From NCBI GenBank assembly GCA_041736175.1, contig JBGSUI010000217.1, positions 51,565 to 115,564 of the forward strand: a stretch of 64,000 nt of DNA, written 5' to 3'. Below, piece after piece: positions 39,316-50,100 of this stretch. The stretch is from Oligoflexales bacterium. GTDB taxonomy: Bacteria; Bdellovibrionota_B; Oligoflexia; Oligoflexales; CAIYRB01. The notes beneath the pieces were generated by a model. That model worked only from the letters and a program-made list of their open reading frames with translations, made no database searches and was not told the origin of the DNA. Both the position numbers and the translations under genes were made by a program. How positions within the stretch are numbered: the stretch's first letter is position 1; every line of letters starts with the position of its first letter.

Positions 39316-39350
39316 AGCTCAGGCTCCCGACCTATCACTGGGCTAAGTTA

Positions 39351-39427
39351 TGGAGCGGAAAACGGGATTCGAACCCGCGACCTTCGGCTTGGGAAGCCGA
39401 CGCTCTAGCCAACTGAGCTATTTCCGC
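39351..39427 (-). tRNA. tRNA-Gly (anticodon CCC)
   Basis: The minus strand reads GCGGAAATAGCTCAGTTGGCTAGAGCG-TCGGC-TTCCCAA-GCCGA-AGGTCGCGGGTTCGAATCCCGTTTTCCGCTCCA, a full cloverleaf with encoded CCA. Confidence 0.97.
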
Positions 39428-39525
39428 AATTCACCACCCCATGTTAGTACATCAGCTATAAGGTCTCCCGCAAGCAGTCGATCAAGAATTTTTGGGGGGC
39501 AAGAACCAAGATTTCCAACGGGCCC

Positions 39526-40242
39526 TTAGGGGGCGACGACGCGGCTGACTCTGGTCTCTATGAACTTAAGCATCTTGGGTGCCTTTTTACATTTGGTGGG
39601 AGAAGACTCCTCGCCCCGTTGGCAGCGGCTTTGGGTGACTTCTACGAGGTTCTTGGCCTTTTCATAGGCTTTTCTCGAATCTCCTACATTGCCGGCAGCC
39701 CTGTTGACATCACCTAGGCTGATGCAGCTTCGAATATCAGATTCTTCGCAGGACTTAGTCAGTTTAGCCTGAATCGTCGCCAAGCCCTTCTTAGCTTTGC
39801 CACCGTCTTTATTGAGCTGATCGCAAGCTGACTTAAGACCCTGATCGCATTCTTGGGAGATCCGAGCATAGTTTTTGGCAAACTGCACCATCCGGTGGGG
39901 GGCTTCCTTGCTGTTCCTAGAAGTAAGGCTCCGCAGACTCATACCGCTTGCTGATGGACCCGAAGAGTCCTCAAGGGGTCGATCCATAACTAGGCTTCGA
40001 TTTTGATGCTGTTCTACTGTTGGATCCTGATGTCTTCTGGGAGACCAGCCTCCCTCAGACTCTGGTCTTCTTGAATCCGTAGGATCACGACCGGAAAGCT
40101 GATGTGATCCGGAGTCCACCTCGGGGTTTGTATCTTGAGATTGGTACCAATAGGCCCCAAGGATGACGACCCCCGTGGCTAGGATCATCGCCCATCGAAT
40201 TCTTTGTTTGCCCGTAACACTTTCCATGGTCGTTGTCCCCAA
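39526..40242 (-). CDS. Hypothetical membrane-anchored protein with Cys-containing Sel1/TPR-like helices
   Basis: N-terminal TM segment, a disordered linker, and C-x6-C helical repeats (CDQGLKSAC, CEESDIRSCISLG). Confidence 0.6.
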   Translation of the reverse strand: MGTTTMESVTGKQRIRWAMILATGVVILGAYWYQSQDTNPEVDSGSHQLSGRDPTDSRRPESEGGWSPRRHQDPTVEQHQNRSLVMDRPLEDSSGPSASGMSLRSLTSRNSKEAPHRMVQFAKNYARISQECDQGLKSACDQLNKDGGKAKKGLATIQAKLTKSCEESDIRSCISLGDVNRAAGNVGDSRKAYEKAKNLVEVTQSRCQRGEESSPTKCKKAPKMLKFIETRVSRVVAP

Positions 40243-40293
40243 GCAAAAGTCTAAGGTCTCAAGATGTGGGAGTCGTAAAACACCCCACTCAAT

Positions 40294-40320
40294 CCATCGG
40301 ACTGGCGCGCAAATACCTTA
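40294..40320 (-). promoter_or_regulatory. Sigma-28-like promoter
   Basis: TAAG-N15-TCCGATGG. Confidence 0.5.
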
Positions 40321-40607
40321 AAGAGGGCTAAGTTTTTTCCTCAGATGACAACCAATAATCGGAAGTTTTCCAAATGCTCCAAACATTTGCGGAGCGTGAG
40401 CTCGACTGTCAGCGACGTTTAAACTATTTAGAGTTTACATGCTATTGTCGGGACTAATACCCTTGCTGTTCTTGAATTTCCGCCCAAATTTTGGAATCCA
40501 ATTTTGGGCCAAGTCTGCTTTGTTTTTAAGTGCTTGTAAGAAATCATGACTCGGTCCATGATTAGCCCCTAAAGGATCTTGGGAATAGTCTGGAGAGGGA
40601 AAACACA

Positions 40608-42437
40608 TTGATTCAATTGCTGAATAATATATGGGTAGCGGTGTTCTTAACCCTCTATTTTCAATCGGGTAAGGTCCACTCCCAAACTCCGACTAAATCG
40701 CCGTCTCAATCAGCGACTGATCCGTGCCAACTGGTTCGCTTTGCGGACGTAGGCTGGACCGATGTGAGTGTGACAACGGCCATCACAGCTCAAATCCTCG
40801 AAGGCTATGGATACCAAACGGACCGTAAACTCCTTTCCGTACCCGTCACCTTTAGAGCCTTAAAAGACGGCGATGTGGATGTTTTTTTAGGCAACTGGAT
40901 GCCCAGCATGGCCGCCGATATCAAACCCTATGTGGTCGATGGAGATCTAGAAACCATCCAAACCATTCTAAAAGGTGCAAAATTCACCCTTGCTGTGCCC
41001 TCCTATGTGGCAGAGGCTGGAGTGACGAGCTTTCGTGATCTGGAGCGCTTTCGCCCTCAATTTGGCGGAAAAATCTATGGAATCGAACCAGGAAATGATG
41101 GCAATCGTTTGATTCAAAATCTAATCGAAAGCCCCGATTTTAAACTGGGCACCTGGAAACTGATGGAATCAAGCGAACAAGCAATGCTTGCCGAGGTGAT
41201 CCAGGCGGTCGAGGAAAAAAAATGGATTGTATTTCTTGCATGGTCACCCCACCCTATGAACAATAAGGTAAATCTTCAATACCTAAAGGACGGGGATCAG
41301 TTTTTTGGAGCGCAGTTTGGGAACGCTCAGGTATTTATCAATACCCGCCGGCAGTATAGTGTGGAGTGTCCTGTTCTAGGGAGGTTTTTTCGGACCCTAG
41401 AGTTTACGATCGATGAAGTCAACGAATTGATGGAAATGGTGATGGATGGTCTAAGTCCAGATGCTGCTGCAACAAAATGGATAGCAGAGCATGGGGCTCG
41501 TGTGAAGAGTTGGGCCATCTCTTTAGAAAATGAGCAGAAGCTCCGTCCCCGAACGGTCGATGGGACCACGAAAGTGGCAGAGTCTAGCGTACTCGGAGTC
41601 TTTCAGGGAAAGCTAGGCTCCTTATTGCATCGGGGGAGTGATGTTTTAATCAAAAGACTGGACCAACACACCAGGCGGACCGCACAATGGACCAACAGTC
41701 AGTTGCAATCAATCGTTGATTTATCTCTTGCGTTGCCACCTTGGGTCACGATCGGATGCCTTGGACTGCTCGCGTGGCTTTTAGGACGGCCCTGGCAAAC
41801 GGTGATCTTCACAGTCTTAGCCACAACTGTGGTCTGGGGGCTTGGGTATTGGCAGGAAGCCTGGGAGACTCTCGTCCTGGTTTTAGTCTCCAGCGGAGTG
41901 GCTCTGGGTCTCGGGATTCCTATGGGGATCTTAGCGGCAAAATCACCCGTGTTTTACCGGTGGCTGCGGCCCTTTCTGGATCTGATGCAAACTCTTCCGA
42001 CCTTTGTGTATCTTATTCCTACGCTCATGCTTTTTGGTTTAGGGATGACCTCTGGATTGGTGGCGACCATTGTTTTTGTATTGCCGGTATCCATCCGCCT
42101 TAGCTTCCTCGGGATGGATGGTGTACCTGGAGACCTAAAGGAATTAGGCAAGGCTCTAGGGGCCAATTTTTGGCAAACTCTATGGAAAATCGAACTCCCT
42201 CATGCATGGCCAACCATCCGCACGGGGGTTTCCCAGAGTCTGATGCTGGCCCTTTCCATGGTCGTGGTGGCCGCTTTAGTCGGTGCAGATGGTCTCGGTA
42301 GACCAGTCGTTCAGGCACTTAACACAGTGGATTTAGGCAAAGGGATTGAAGCCGGGTTGGCGATCGTCGCTATAGCGATGACTTTGGACCGCATAGTTCA
42401 AGCGTCCGAATCCACTCTCCTCAAAAACAAGGTTTAG
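40608..42437 (+). CDS. Choline ABC transporter: ChoX-type substrate-binding domain fused to a ChoW/ProW permease
   Basis: VRFADVGWTD, LSVPVT, VFLGNWMP, GIEPGNDGN and WSPHPMN motifs are ChoX-like. The C-terminal LDLMQTLPTFVYLIP segment and EAA-loop mark the permease. Confidence 0.9.
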   Translation: MIQLLNNIWVAVFLTLYFQSGKVHSQTPTKSPSQSATDPCQLVRFADVGWTDVSVTTAITAQILEGYGYQTDRKLLSVPVTFRALKDGDVDVFLGNWMPSMAADIKPYVVDGDLETIQTILKGAKFTLAVPSYVAEAGVTSFRDLERFRPQFGGKIYGIEPGNDGNRLIQNLIESPDFKLGTWKLMESSEQAMLAEVIQAVEEKKWIVFLAWSPHPMNNKVNLQYLKDGDQFFGAQFGNAQVFINTRRQYSVECPVLGRFFRTLEFTIDEVNELMEMVMDGLSPDAAATKWIAEHGARVKSWAISLENEQKLRPRTVDGTTKVAESSVLGVFQGKLGSLLHRGSDVLIKRLDQHTRRTAQWTNSQLQSIVDLSLALPPWVTIGCLGLLAWLLGRPWQTVIFTVLATTVVWGLGYWQEAWETLVLVLVSSGVALGLGIPMGILAAKSPVFYRWLRPFLDLMQTLPTFVYLIPTLMLFGLGMTSGLVATIVFVLPVSIRLSFLGMDGVPGDLKELGKALGANFWQTLWKIELPHAWPTIRTGVSQSLMLALSMVVVAALVGADGLGRPVVQALNTVDLGKGIEAGLAIVAIAMTLDRIVQASESTLLKNKV

Positions 42438-42438
42438 T

Positions 42439-43341
42439 ATGATACCAACAATCTTAGAGTTTAAGGATCTCAGCCTGCTGTTTGGAGGTGACCCTTACCT
42501 CGGGAAAGCCCTTTTACAAAAAGGGGTCAGTCGGGAAGAAGTCCATAAAAAGGCAGGGGTTTTTGTCGCCCTGAGCGCCATTAATCTGGAGATAAAACTC
42601 GGTGAAATCTTGGTGTTGATGGGACCTTCGGGCTCTGGAAAATCCTCACTCCTGCGCTGTATCAATGGACTTAACGGCACGGGAGGCAAAGGCACTCTAG
42701 TCGGTGAGATCTTTTTGAGAGTCAACAATCAATCATTTGCTCTTCACAAGGCCGATGCCCACCAATGGCAAACAGTGCGCACCCAGATGATTGCGATGGT
42801 TTTTCAACAGGCCAATCTTCTCGACTGGCGCACAGTCGCTCAAAACCTGGAACTCCCCCTTGAGGTTCTTGGAGTCCACCGCGAAGAAAGGCGTGACCGA
42901 GTTGCGACAATGCTGAAACTGGTCAACCTTCAGACCTGGGCCGATAAACGTCCCCATGAGCTCTCCGGTGGCATGCAGCAGCGGGTAGGTATAGCCAGAG
43001 CCTTGATCACGGAGGCACCCATCCTGCTCATGGATGAGCCCTTTTCGGCCTTGGATCCCTTGCTGCGCAATCAACTCCAAGAAGAGCTGATTGAACTAAA
43101 CGAACGCTTCCATAAAACCATTGTCTTTGTAAGCCACGACCGTGACGAAGCCATCCGCTTAGGCCAACGAGTGGCCGTATTAAAAGACAGTGTCCTCCTA
43201 CAGGTCGGACATCCCCGCGAACTCACGGAGTCTCCAGCGGATCCTGCCGTGGCAGCCCTGCTACGGTTTCAAGATCCGTGGCAACAGCGCAAGGATTTTA
43301 ACCTAAACAACATCGAAAGGAGCGGGGGAAAATTCCAATGA
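42439..43341 (+). CDS. Choline/glycine-betaine ABC ATPase (ChoV/ProV-like, no CBS domains)
   Basis: [36 protein letters not shown] and VSHD motifs. Confidence 0.92.
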   Translation: MIPTILEFKDLSLLFGGDPYLGKALLQKGVSREEVHKKAGVFVALSAINLEIKLGEILVLMGPSGSGKSSLLRCINGLNGTGGKGTLVGEIFLRVNNQSFALHKADAHQWQTVRTQMIAMVFQQANLLDWRTVAQNLELPLEVLGVHREERRDRVATMLKLVNLQTWADKRPHELSGGMQQRVGIARALITEAPILLMDEPFSALDPLLRNQLQEELIELNERFHKTIVFVSHDRDEAIRLGQRVAVLKDSVLLQVGHPRELTESPADPAVAALLRFQDPWQQRKDFNLNNIERSGGKFQ

Positions 43342-45107
43342 CCACCTGCGATAACACCCCCCAAGAGCCTAGAGAGCGCCCAGCGCCCTCGCTGCGGGCA
43401 ACCATCAAACAAATATCTGACTACGAGACCTTGTTTGCCCCCCCTCCCCAGCCTTTCAAGGCTGTGAGGTATCGCCTCCTTGAGGGGTTGTTGTACCTAA
43501 GTCAGCGGCGACTGCAAAAACACTCCCATGGCTGGCAGCACCGTGAAATGACTTTGTCCTATCTTCGAGGTCGAGGGTCCCTGTGCTTCCATTCTAATGT
43601 ATGCCACTTGATAGAAAATGACCCCAATGTCAGCAACGGATGCTCCCGCGCAGCACAGCTTATCCTAAGGGCGCTAGTTTTTCGAGATTTAGTGGTCCGA
43701 GGGCAGTTGCCCTTGGAAATAGAAAAATCAACAGCCTTGGATCAAAGCTTTTATCACGCTTTTTTTGGGTGCATACGTCTCCCCGGTATCGGACAAGACT
43801 CTGTGCAGATGACTAGGGATAGCCAGCATCTGATCGTCGCTTGTCGTGGTGAGTTTTTTAAGGTTTCAGGAGTAACAGGAATCCCAACCCTTGGGGAGCT
43901 TGAACGGATCCTTACAGCGATTGTTGCAGAAGCCCGCCCTCAGACCCATGATCCCGGTCTTTGGACGACTCTACCTAGAGAGAAATGGGCTCGGCTTAGA
44001 ATTAAACTCTTAAAAGACCCTTCCCAAGCTGAACTCCTGGACACAATAACAACGGCAATCCTTTGGGTGGCCTTGGATCTCGACGATCATCCACAAAACA
44101 ACCAAGAAAGCGTTCGTCTATTAACGATAGATCGTTACGGAAATCGCTGGTTTGATCGTAGCCAACAGTTGATTGTTTTTGGCAACGGTGTCGCTGGTCT
44201 CAATCGAGATCATACTCTTTTAGATGGTCACCTATCCCTTTTCTACCTTGAGTATCTCTCAGGGCATCGTTCAGTTCCTCATACCCCTCATCACGTCAAC
44301 GACAGGGAACCCACACTCAAGTACCAATCCCTATCCAAAGATTATCGACTGCCGCTCGATCGACTGGACGACTATCACCGAACCTTGCAGCTGTGGGAGA
44401 ACACCCGCAAGTCTTTTAACATTGAGGTTTGGGATGATCCCCTGGTCCATCAAAAATTTTGTCGACGCCACCAGATTTCTCCAGATTTTGTGATCCAGGC
44501 TGCCCTCCATCTCGCTTGTTACCAGGCTTTTGGGGCTTGGCAGAGCATCAGTGAAGCAGTCCATATGCGCCATACCTTAGGTGGACGCTATGATACCATC
44601 CTGACGCTAACCAAAACAATACAAAATTTAGTTTTGAAGATTGTCGAAGCAGAAAAAAGCGGGTTCGATGGTGACGTAAGGGCTGTAATCAGGACAGATT
44701 TTTATGGAGCACAAGCCTCTCACCGACAGCTGATTCGTCGATGTAAGGAGGGATCTGCCCCTCTTCTACATATGGTGGCTCTCATTCAAAACGTTTCTCC
44801 TGCTTTATCTGTTAAAGTAAATCGCGATGGTATTCGTATCCTCGGGGGTATTGGCTGGCACCCTCTCGGTCTAATAAAGTCTTTATTTTGTGACGTGACC
44901 ACTTCCCACCCTGGCTATCGTCCTGGATTCGAGATGGTTGGCTTTACCGATACTGAGCTCCACGTGATTGGTGTTGCGTACCTGGTGAAAGAGAGGTGCA
45001 CGAGTATTTTCTTAAAAGGAGACCACCTCAAACGTGAGGCGGCCATAGCATTGGCTCCCATGCTCAAGGCGTCGCTAAAAACCATAGTAAAAGTCTTTGA
45101 GATTTAG
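43338..45107 (+). CDS. Choline/carnitine O-acyltransferase family protein
   Basis: RLPG...D, NRWFDRS.Q.IV..NG..G...DHTLLDG (catalytic His292), SPDFVIQAAL.LA.Y, GRYDTI and TTS motifs. ATGA overlap with the ATPase gene. Confidence 0.88.
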   Translation: MTTCDNTPQEPRERPAPSLRATIKQISDYETLFAPPPQPFKAVRYRLLEGLLYLSQRRLQKHSHGWQHREMTLSYLRGRGSLCFHSNVCHLIENDPNVSNGCSRAAQLILRALVFRDLVVRGQLPLEIEKSTALDQSFYHAFFGCIRLPGIGQDSVQMTRDSQHLIVACRGEFFKVSGVTGIPTLGELERILTAIVAEARPQTHDPGLWTTLPREKWARLRIKLLKDPSQAELLDTITTAILWVALDLDDHPQNNQESVRLLTIDRYGNRWFDRSQQLIVFGNGVAGLNRDHTLLDGHLSLFYLEYLSGHRSVPHTPHHVNDREPTLKYQSLSKDYRLPLDRLDDYHRTLQLWENTRKSFNIEVWDDPLVHQKFCRRHQISPDFVIQAALHLACYQAFGAWQSISEAVHMRHTLGGRYDTILTLTKTIQNLVLKIVEAEKSGFDGDVRAVIRTDFYGAQASHRQLIRRCKEGSAPLLHMVALIQNVSPALSVKVNRDGIRILGGIGWHPLGLIKSLFCDVTTSHPGYRPGFEMVGFTDTELHVIGVAYLVKERCTSIFLKGDHLKREAAIALAPMLKASLKTIVKVFEI

Positions 45108-45144
45108 TCCTCTTCCTTCGATCCTAAAATGTCTATCCCAATGA

Positions 45145-46911
45145 CTATTTTGTGGTTGGGGTTTTGGGAGGCTTAGCTCCGTCCACTGATTTCGGTGGTT
45201 TTATGGTATTGGCCACGGCGGTTTCAGTCTTGAGGAGCTGGTATCCGGCGGTATCTGGAGTATCGGTGGTATCGATGACGTACTTGCCGCCGATTAGATC
45301 AAAACACTGCCGCGTGATATAGTTGCCTGTTTGCTTGGTCACAAAGGTTGTGGCATCCGCGGGTGTTACCGTCGCTGGAAGATACCACTTGGTGTTTGCT
45401 GTTTGGCTACCTTGGGTTACAGTACGCTGATAATAGGACCCGACGCTGTCAGACCCGGTGCTCGCAGGAAGCGCCGGTACCGAATTAAATAAAGGATGGT
45501 AAAAGCCTGTGGGGTCAAGAGTGAGTTCGGCCTTAATGGATTTGCGAATAGAAATCCCCTGACCTTCTGCCGTAAACATTGCTCCTGATAGGGCACAACC
45601 GCCTAACACACCTGCACTGTCAAGGGCTAGGGACGCCACCATTCCCCTGGCAGGTTCTGAATAGTTACCACCTGGGTTTTGAGCATAGAGAAAGGTTCCG
45701 GTATTGTCGGAAGGTTTGACTTGGGCAAGGACATAAACCATACCGGAGATAGCATCGTTTGACTTAGCAAAATAGCTGCCATCAGCCTTTTTATACATAC
45801 CGTAGAAGTCACTTGTCGTGGCCACAGAAAAGTCCGCATTGGCGTTGTAGTCTAGCTGGCCCTCAGAATCAAAAACGTTTTCGATATCCGTATGAACTCG
45901 GGCCCCGCGGGCCTCATAATCGATCACGGCAACTCCATCAGTGCCTGTCGTTTTAGAGTATGCGACGGTAACATACTGCACTTTGTCCGCTTCTATCCAA
46001 GGCATAGAGGCATCAGGAGCTTGGACTACGGCATTGATTAGGGTTCCAATATAGTCACCATTGGTCCTTGGCGAATGAACGAGGGAAACAATCCGGGTGG
46101 CCTTGTTAATATCAGTCATCTCAATCTCTGAAACATAGATGGGATTGCCTCCGGTATCGTCAGCGCTCTCCCGACTCATTTTGGCGGCGGTAATTTTAGT
46201 CGCTTTAGCTCCGAATGCTTTTTTAAGGACAGTGAGCAAATCCACGCTCTTACCTTTTTCGGGTAACGCTAAATTTGCATCCTCTTTTTTTGCCTGACAA
46301 AACATGGTTTGGATCAGCCCCGTGGCCCGATCAACCATATCAGCCATTTGGTCCACTTTGCTTCGGGCAAACGCTGGCAAGCAAGCTTCGCCTTTGGCGT
46401 TGTATCCATCCTTTGTGCCGGCAAACTTAGTGCCATCCCTGGTCCCGTAAATCATGTCTTGGTCAAACTCGTAGCAGGTCTCCGAGCCTTCCGTCGGAGG
46501 CTTTTTGGCAAGATTTGAACCTAGGCAGTCACCTTGACCCGATAGTTTTTTTTCAGCGTCAGCTTTCTTCTTAGTGAGAGACTCCCCGGCGCTGGCACCA
46601 TCGGCGACAGACTCGCTTTGGAGATTTAAGGACGCGCCAGTAGCCGTAGGAAAGAGTGAAAGCCCTAGGTCGACCGGATAGAGTTCGGTGAGCTTTTTTG
46701 AAGCTGAAGACGAGGTGGTCGTCGAACTGGTTGAAGCGACAGGACTTGCTGCATCTGTTGTCGTGACTTCGACCGCGTCATCACCCCCTCCGCCTCCGCA
46801 GGAGCTGAGTAAAAACGCCGCACCGAGGGTGAGGGCGCTCACTGGTCCTAACTTAGACAATCTTAGAGTTTTTATGTTTACATATCTAGGACGATAGACT
46901 TTGGTTTTCAT
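45145..46911 (-). CDS. Hypothetical lipoprotein
   Basis: Lipobox LSSC followed by a poly-Gly and S/T-rich linker, in a long ORF. Confidence 0.7.
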   Translation of the reverse strand: MKTKVYRPRYVNIKTLRLSKLGPVSALTLGAAFLLSSCGGGGGDDAVEVTTTDAASPVASTSSTTTSSSASKKLTELYPVDLGLSLFPTATGASLNLQSESVADGASAGESLTKKKADAEKKLSGQGDCLGSNLAKKPPTEGSETCYEFDQDMIYGTRDGTKFAGTKDGYNAKGEACLPAFARSKVDQMADMVDRATGLIQTMFCQAKKEDANLALPEKGKSVDLLTVLKKAFGAKATKITAAKMSRESADDTGGNPIYVSEIEMTDINKATRIVSLVHSPRTNGDYIGTLINAVVQAPDASMPWIEADKVQYVTVAYSKTTGTDGVAVIDYEARGARVHTDIENVFDSEGQLDYNANADFSVATTSDFYGMYKKADGSYFAKSNDAISGMVYVLAQVKPSDNTGTFLYAQNPGGNYSEPARGMVASLALDSAGVLGGCALSGAMFTAEGQGISIRKSIKAELTLDPTGFYHPLFNSVPALPASTGSDSVGSYYQRTVTQGSQTANTKWYLPATVTPADATTFVTKQTGNYITRQCFDLIGGKYVIDTTDTPDTAGYQLLKTETAVANTIKPPKSVDGAKPPKTPTTK

Positions 46912-46969
46912 ATTGCACTCCCTTACAAAAAAAATTTTTCGGAACCATCATGCAGCGCATGTCACCCCA

Positions 46970-46996
46970 CGATCGGCAACTCCCTCTAAAACCTTA
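46970..46996 (-). promoter_or_regulatory. Sigma-28-like promoter
   Basis: TAAG-N15-GCCGATCG. Confidence 0.6.
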
Positions 46997-47168
46997 GACC
47001 TAAGGTGCTTTTCCCTATCTTTTCTGGTTTTTACAAGATTCTTAAAAAATTAACTGGCCATCTAGCCAGTTCAGATATAGAAGGATAGAGCCAATGGATC
47101 CTCCATTATTAGAGACGAGACTTACGATAGAGCGATTGACAATTCATTGACGAGTGAGGAGCAAAGAC

Positions 47169-50100
47169 ATGAAGCCAATCTTTATGGCGACGACTAAGGG
47201 TATCAATCGAGTGACTTTAATCCTCACTGGTTTTAGTTTACTCATGGGTTGCCAACCTAAAACCAAACTATCTGATGGCGAAAGTTCTGTCGAAGCGATT
47301 AGCAATCGTCCTCAGTCCTATGACCGAGTGATGGCCACACTTAAGTTGTCGACTCCTAGTCTGTTGCAGGCAGCCTATAAAGATCCCGTCACTGGCCAAA
47401 TCAACATCAAGCCAGCCCTCAAGGAACAGATCGAACAAGAGCAGGCAAGTGCCATAGGGGACCTGGCCACCCTGAGTCCCGAAATCAAAGTGCTCTACCG
47501 CTACCGAATGGTGCTCAATGGACTGACCATCGTTGCGCCTAAGTATCTCGAAAGCAAGATTTTAGGTTTACCAGGCCTGGCCTACGTGGAGAATAGTGGC
47601 AATTTTGAGCGATTAGTGACATCAACCCGTTTCACTGGTCCCTCGGATGCTTCCACAAACGACTCCATTGCTGACAAAAACTCTGCTTCGTTTATCGGAG
47701 CCTATAAAATCCGCGACACCCTTAAAGCTATCGGCAGTGATGGCCAAGAAATCCCCCTCGATGGGCGAGGCATGCGGGTCGGTGTGATTGATACCGGTAT
47801 CGACTATACCCATAGTATGCTTGGCGGAGCTGGTACGGTCGACGCCTATCATGGCCAAAATAAAGACTCCATCGACGATGGAGGCTTCCCAAATCTCAAG
47901 GTCGTAGGGGGCTATGATTTTGTGGGATCGACCTTTAACTCTGCTGCTCCTAACTTTGACCAGCACATCCCCCGCCCTGACCAGGACCCTATCGATGAGG
48001 GTGGCCATGGCACCCATGTGGCTGGCAGTATTGCCGGCATCGGCAACGGAGTCGACTCCTATAACGGAGTCGCTGCCGGTGCCTCCCTCTTTGCCCTTAA
48101 AGTCTTTGGAGCCAATGGTTCCACCAACGATGGGGCGGTGATTGCTGCGTTGGAATATGCCGCCGATCCAGACTCCAATCTCGATCCTAGCGATCGTCTC
48201 GATGTTATAAACATGAGTTTAGGATCGGGTTACGGGACTCCCCATGTCCTCTATAACGAGGCGATTAGAAACCTCACCCGTGGTGACGTGGTCGTGGTGG
48301 CTTCTGCCGGAAATTCTGGAGAAAAAACCAATATTGTAGGAGCGCCTTCCACCTCGGATGATGCCCTTTCGGTGGCTGCCAGTATCGATGATATGAGTCA
48401 TAACTGGCAGTTTCGGGCCGTGGAGTTTACTACGCCCTCGGGAGTCCCCCTCGTCACGGAGGCCGTCGAATCCTCTGTATCTAAGCCGATCTCGGATATT
48501 GAGCCGGTAAGTGGACCCTTAGTTTACCTGGGGACTGCTGCGACGGACTTTACAGAAGAACAGCGCCAAGCTGTCCGGGGCAAAGTGGCTCTGATGGACC
48601 GAGGCGAAGTAGCCTTTGCCGAAAAAATCAAACGAGCAGCGGAAGCAGGTGCAATCGGCATCGTTGTTGCTAACAACCAACCGGGAGAACCGTTTACGAT
48701 GGGTGGCGAAGGTACCTTTGCCGTACCAGCCATCATGGTCAGCCAGTCCATGGGCCAAGAGATCCGCAAAGGGATGCTGGAAGGCGATGTTGTCATAAAC
48801 TTTGTCACCACCCTTCGGATACAAAAGCCAGAACTGATCGACACCCTCACTGGTTTTACTTCCCGGGGACCACGATCAATCGATGGATTTCTAAAGCCCG
48901 AAATTGCCGCACCGGGAGCCAATATCATCTCAGCGAAAATGGGTGGAGGCGCAGCATCCGTAAAACTTAGCGGAACCTCTATGGCAGCTCCTCATATGGC
49001 TGGAGTGATGGCGCTCCTTAAACAAAAACACCCTAAACTAACCGTGCATCAGCTCAAGTCCCTAGCTATTTCGACCGCGACCACCATGAAATCTAAGACC
49101 GGTGTGCCTTACCCTGTCGCCTATGCTGGGGCTGGACGAGTCCAAGCTTTTGAAGCGGTCACAGCTCCGCTTGTGGTCGAGCCTGCGACTATCTCCCTAG
49201 GCGAAGTCTACTTAGATGGTCAAAAATCCGTCAAACATACAGTTAAACTTACCAATATCAGCGACCAAGACATCTCCGTCACTTTAGAGCCAGCGCTCGC
49301 TTCTGGTCTATCAGCAACGATTGCAGACTCGGCCGGTGGAGGCCAACACCCCATCGACCTTAAGCCCGGAGCATCGATCTCGGTTCCAATCACTTTTTTG
49401 ATGACTAACCGTGGTCTCTCCCCCAAAAACAGCGAGCTGGATGGATTTATAAACCTTAAAACCACGCCAAAAGCCCTACCTTCGATCAGCCAAAAACTGC
49501 CGGTGCTCGCAGTCGTCAACCAGGTTTCTCGCATCAAAGCCACCGAGCTTAAAGTCCAAGCATCTTCTGCAGATGTTGCTACCAATGCCCTTGCTCATCT
49601 CACCCTAGAAAACCAGAGCCAATCTCCCGGTACGGCTATGTTATTCAATCTAATAGCTGAGGACCCAAGACAAGCTCTGACGATGGGGTCTTCCATCCGC
49701 TCCAGGATCTGCGATCTGGAATCGGCAGGCTGGCGTCTCACCAATGGCAAAGATGCTGGAGGATTTGACCAAATATTTTTGGAGTTTGGAGTCAAACTCT
49801 ATAGTCCCCTGACGACCTGGAATCTCTGCGAAATCAGCATCCAGATTGACAGTGATGGCGACGGTCGCGCGGACCAAGAATTGCTGGGAACCTCCTTTAA
49901 CAACATCTCTGGAAACGATGCTGAGATCGACCAATTTTCTAGCGCGCTCACCGATGCTTATAAGATGGCCAGCATCCGCCGAACCTACGAGCTGCAATAC
50001 CCCAAGGTCTCCGCTGCCAACTACTCAGATGCCCTCGTGGACAAACAACCCTCAGCCCAGTTTCCACACTCCACCATAGCGGTGGTCCGCGCGGACTTGC

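Noticed and set aside
39351..39427. tRNA-Gly as an island integration site
   Set aside because: No integrase is present and I saw no duplicated tRNA 3' end in the window.
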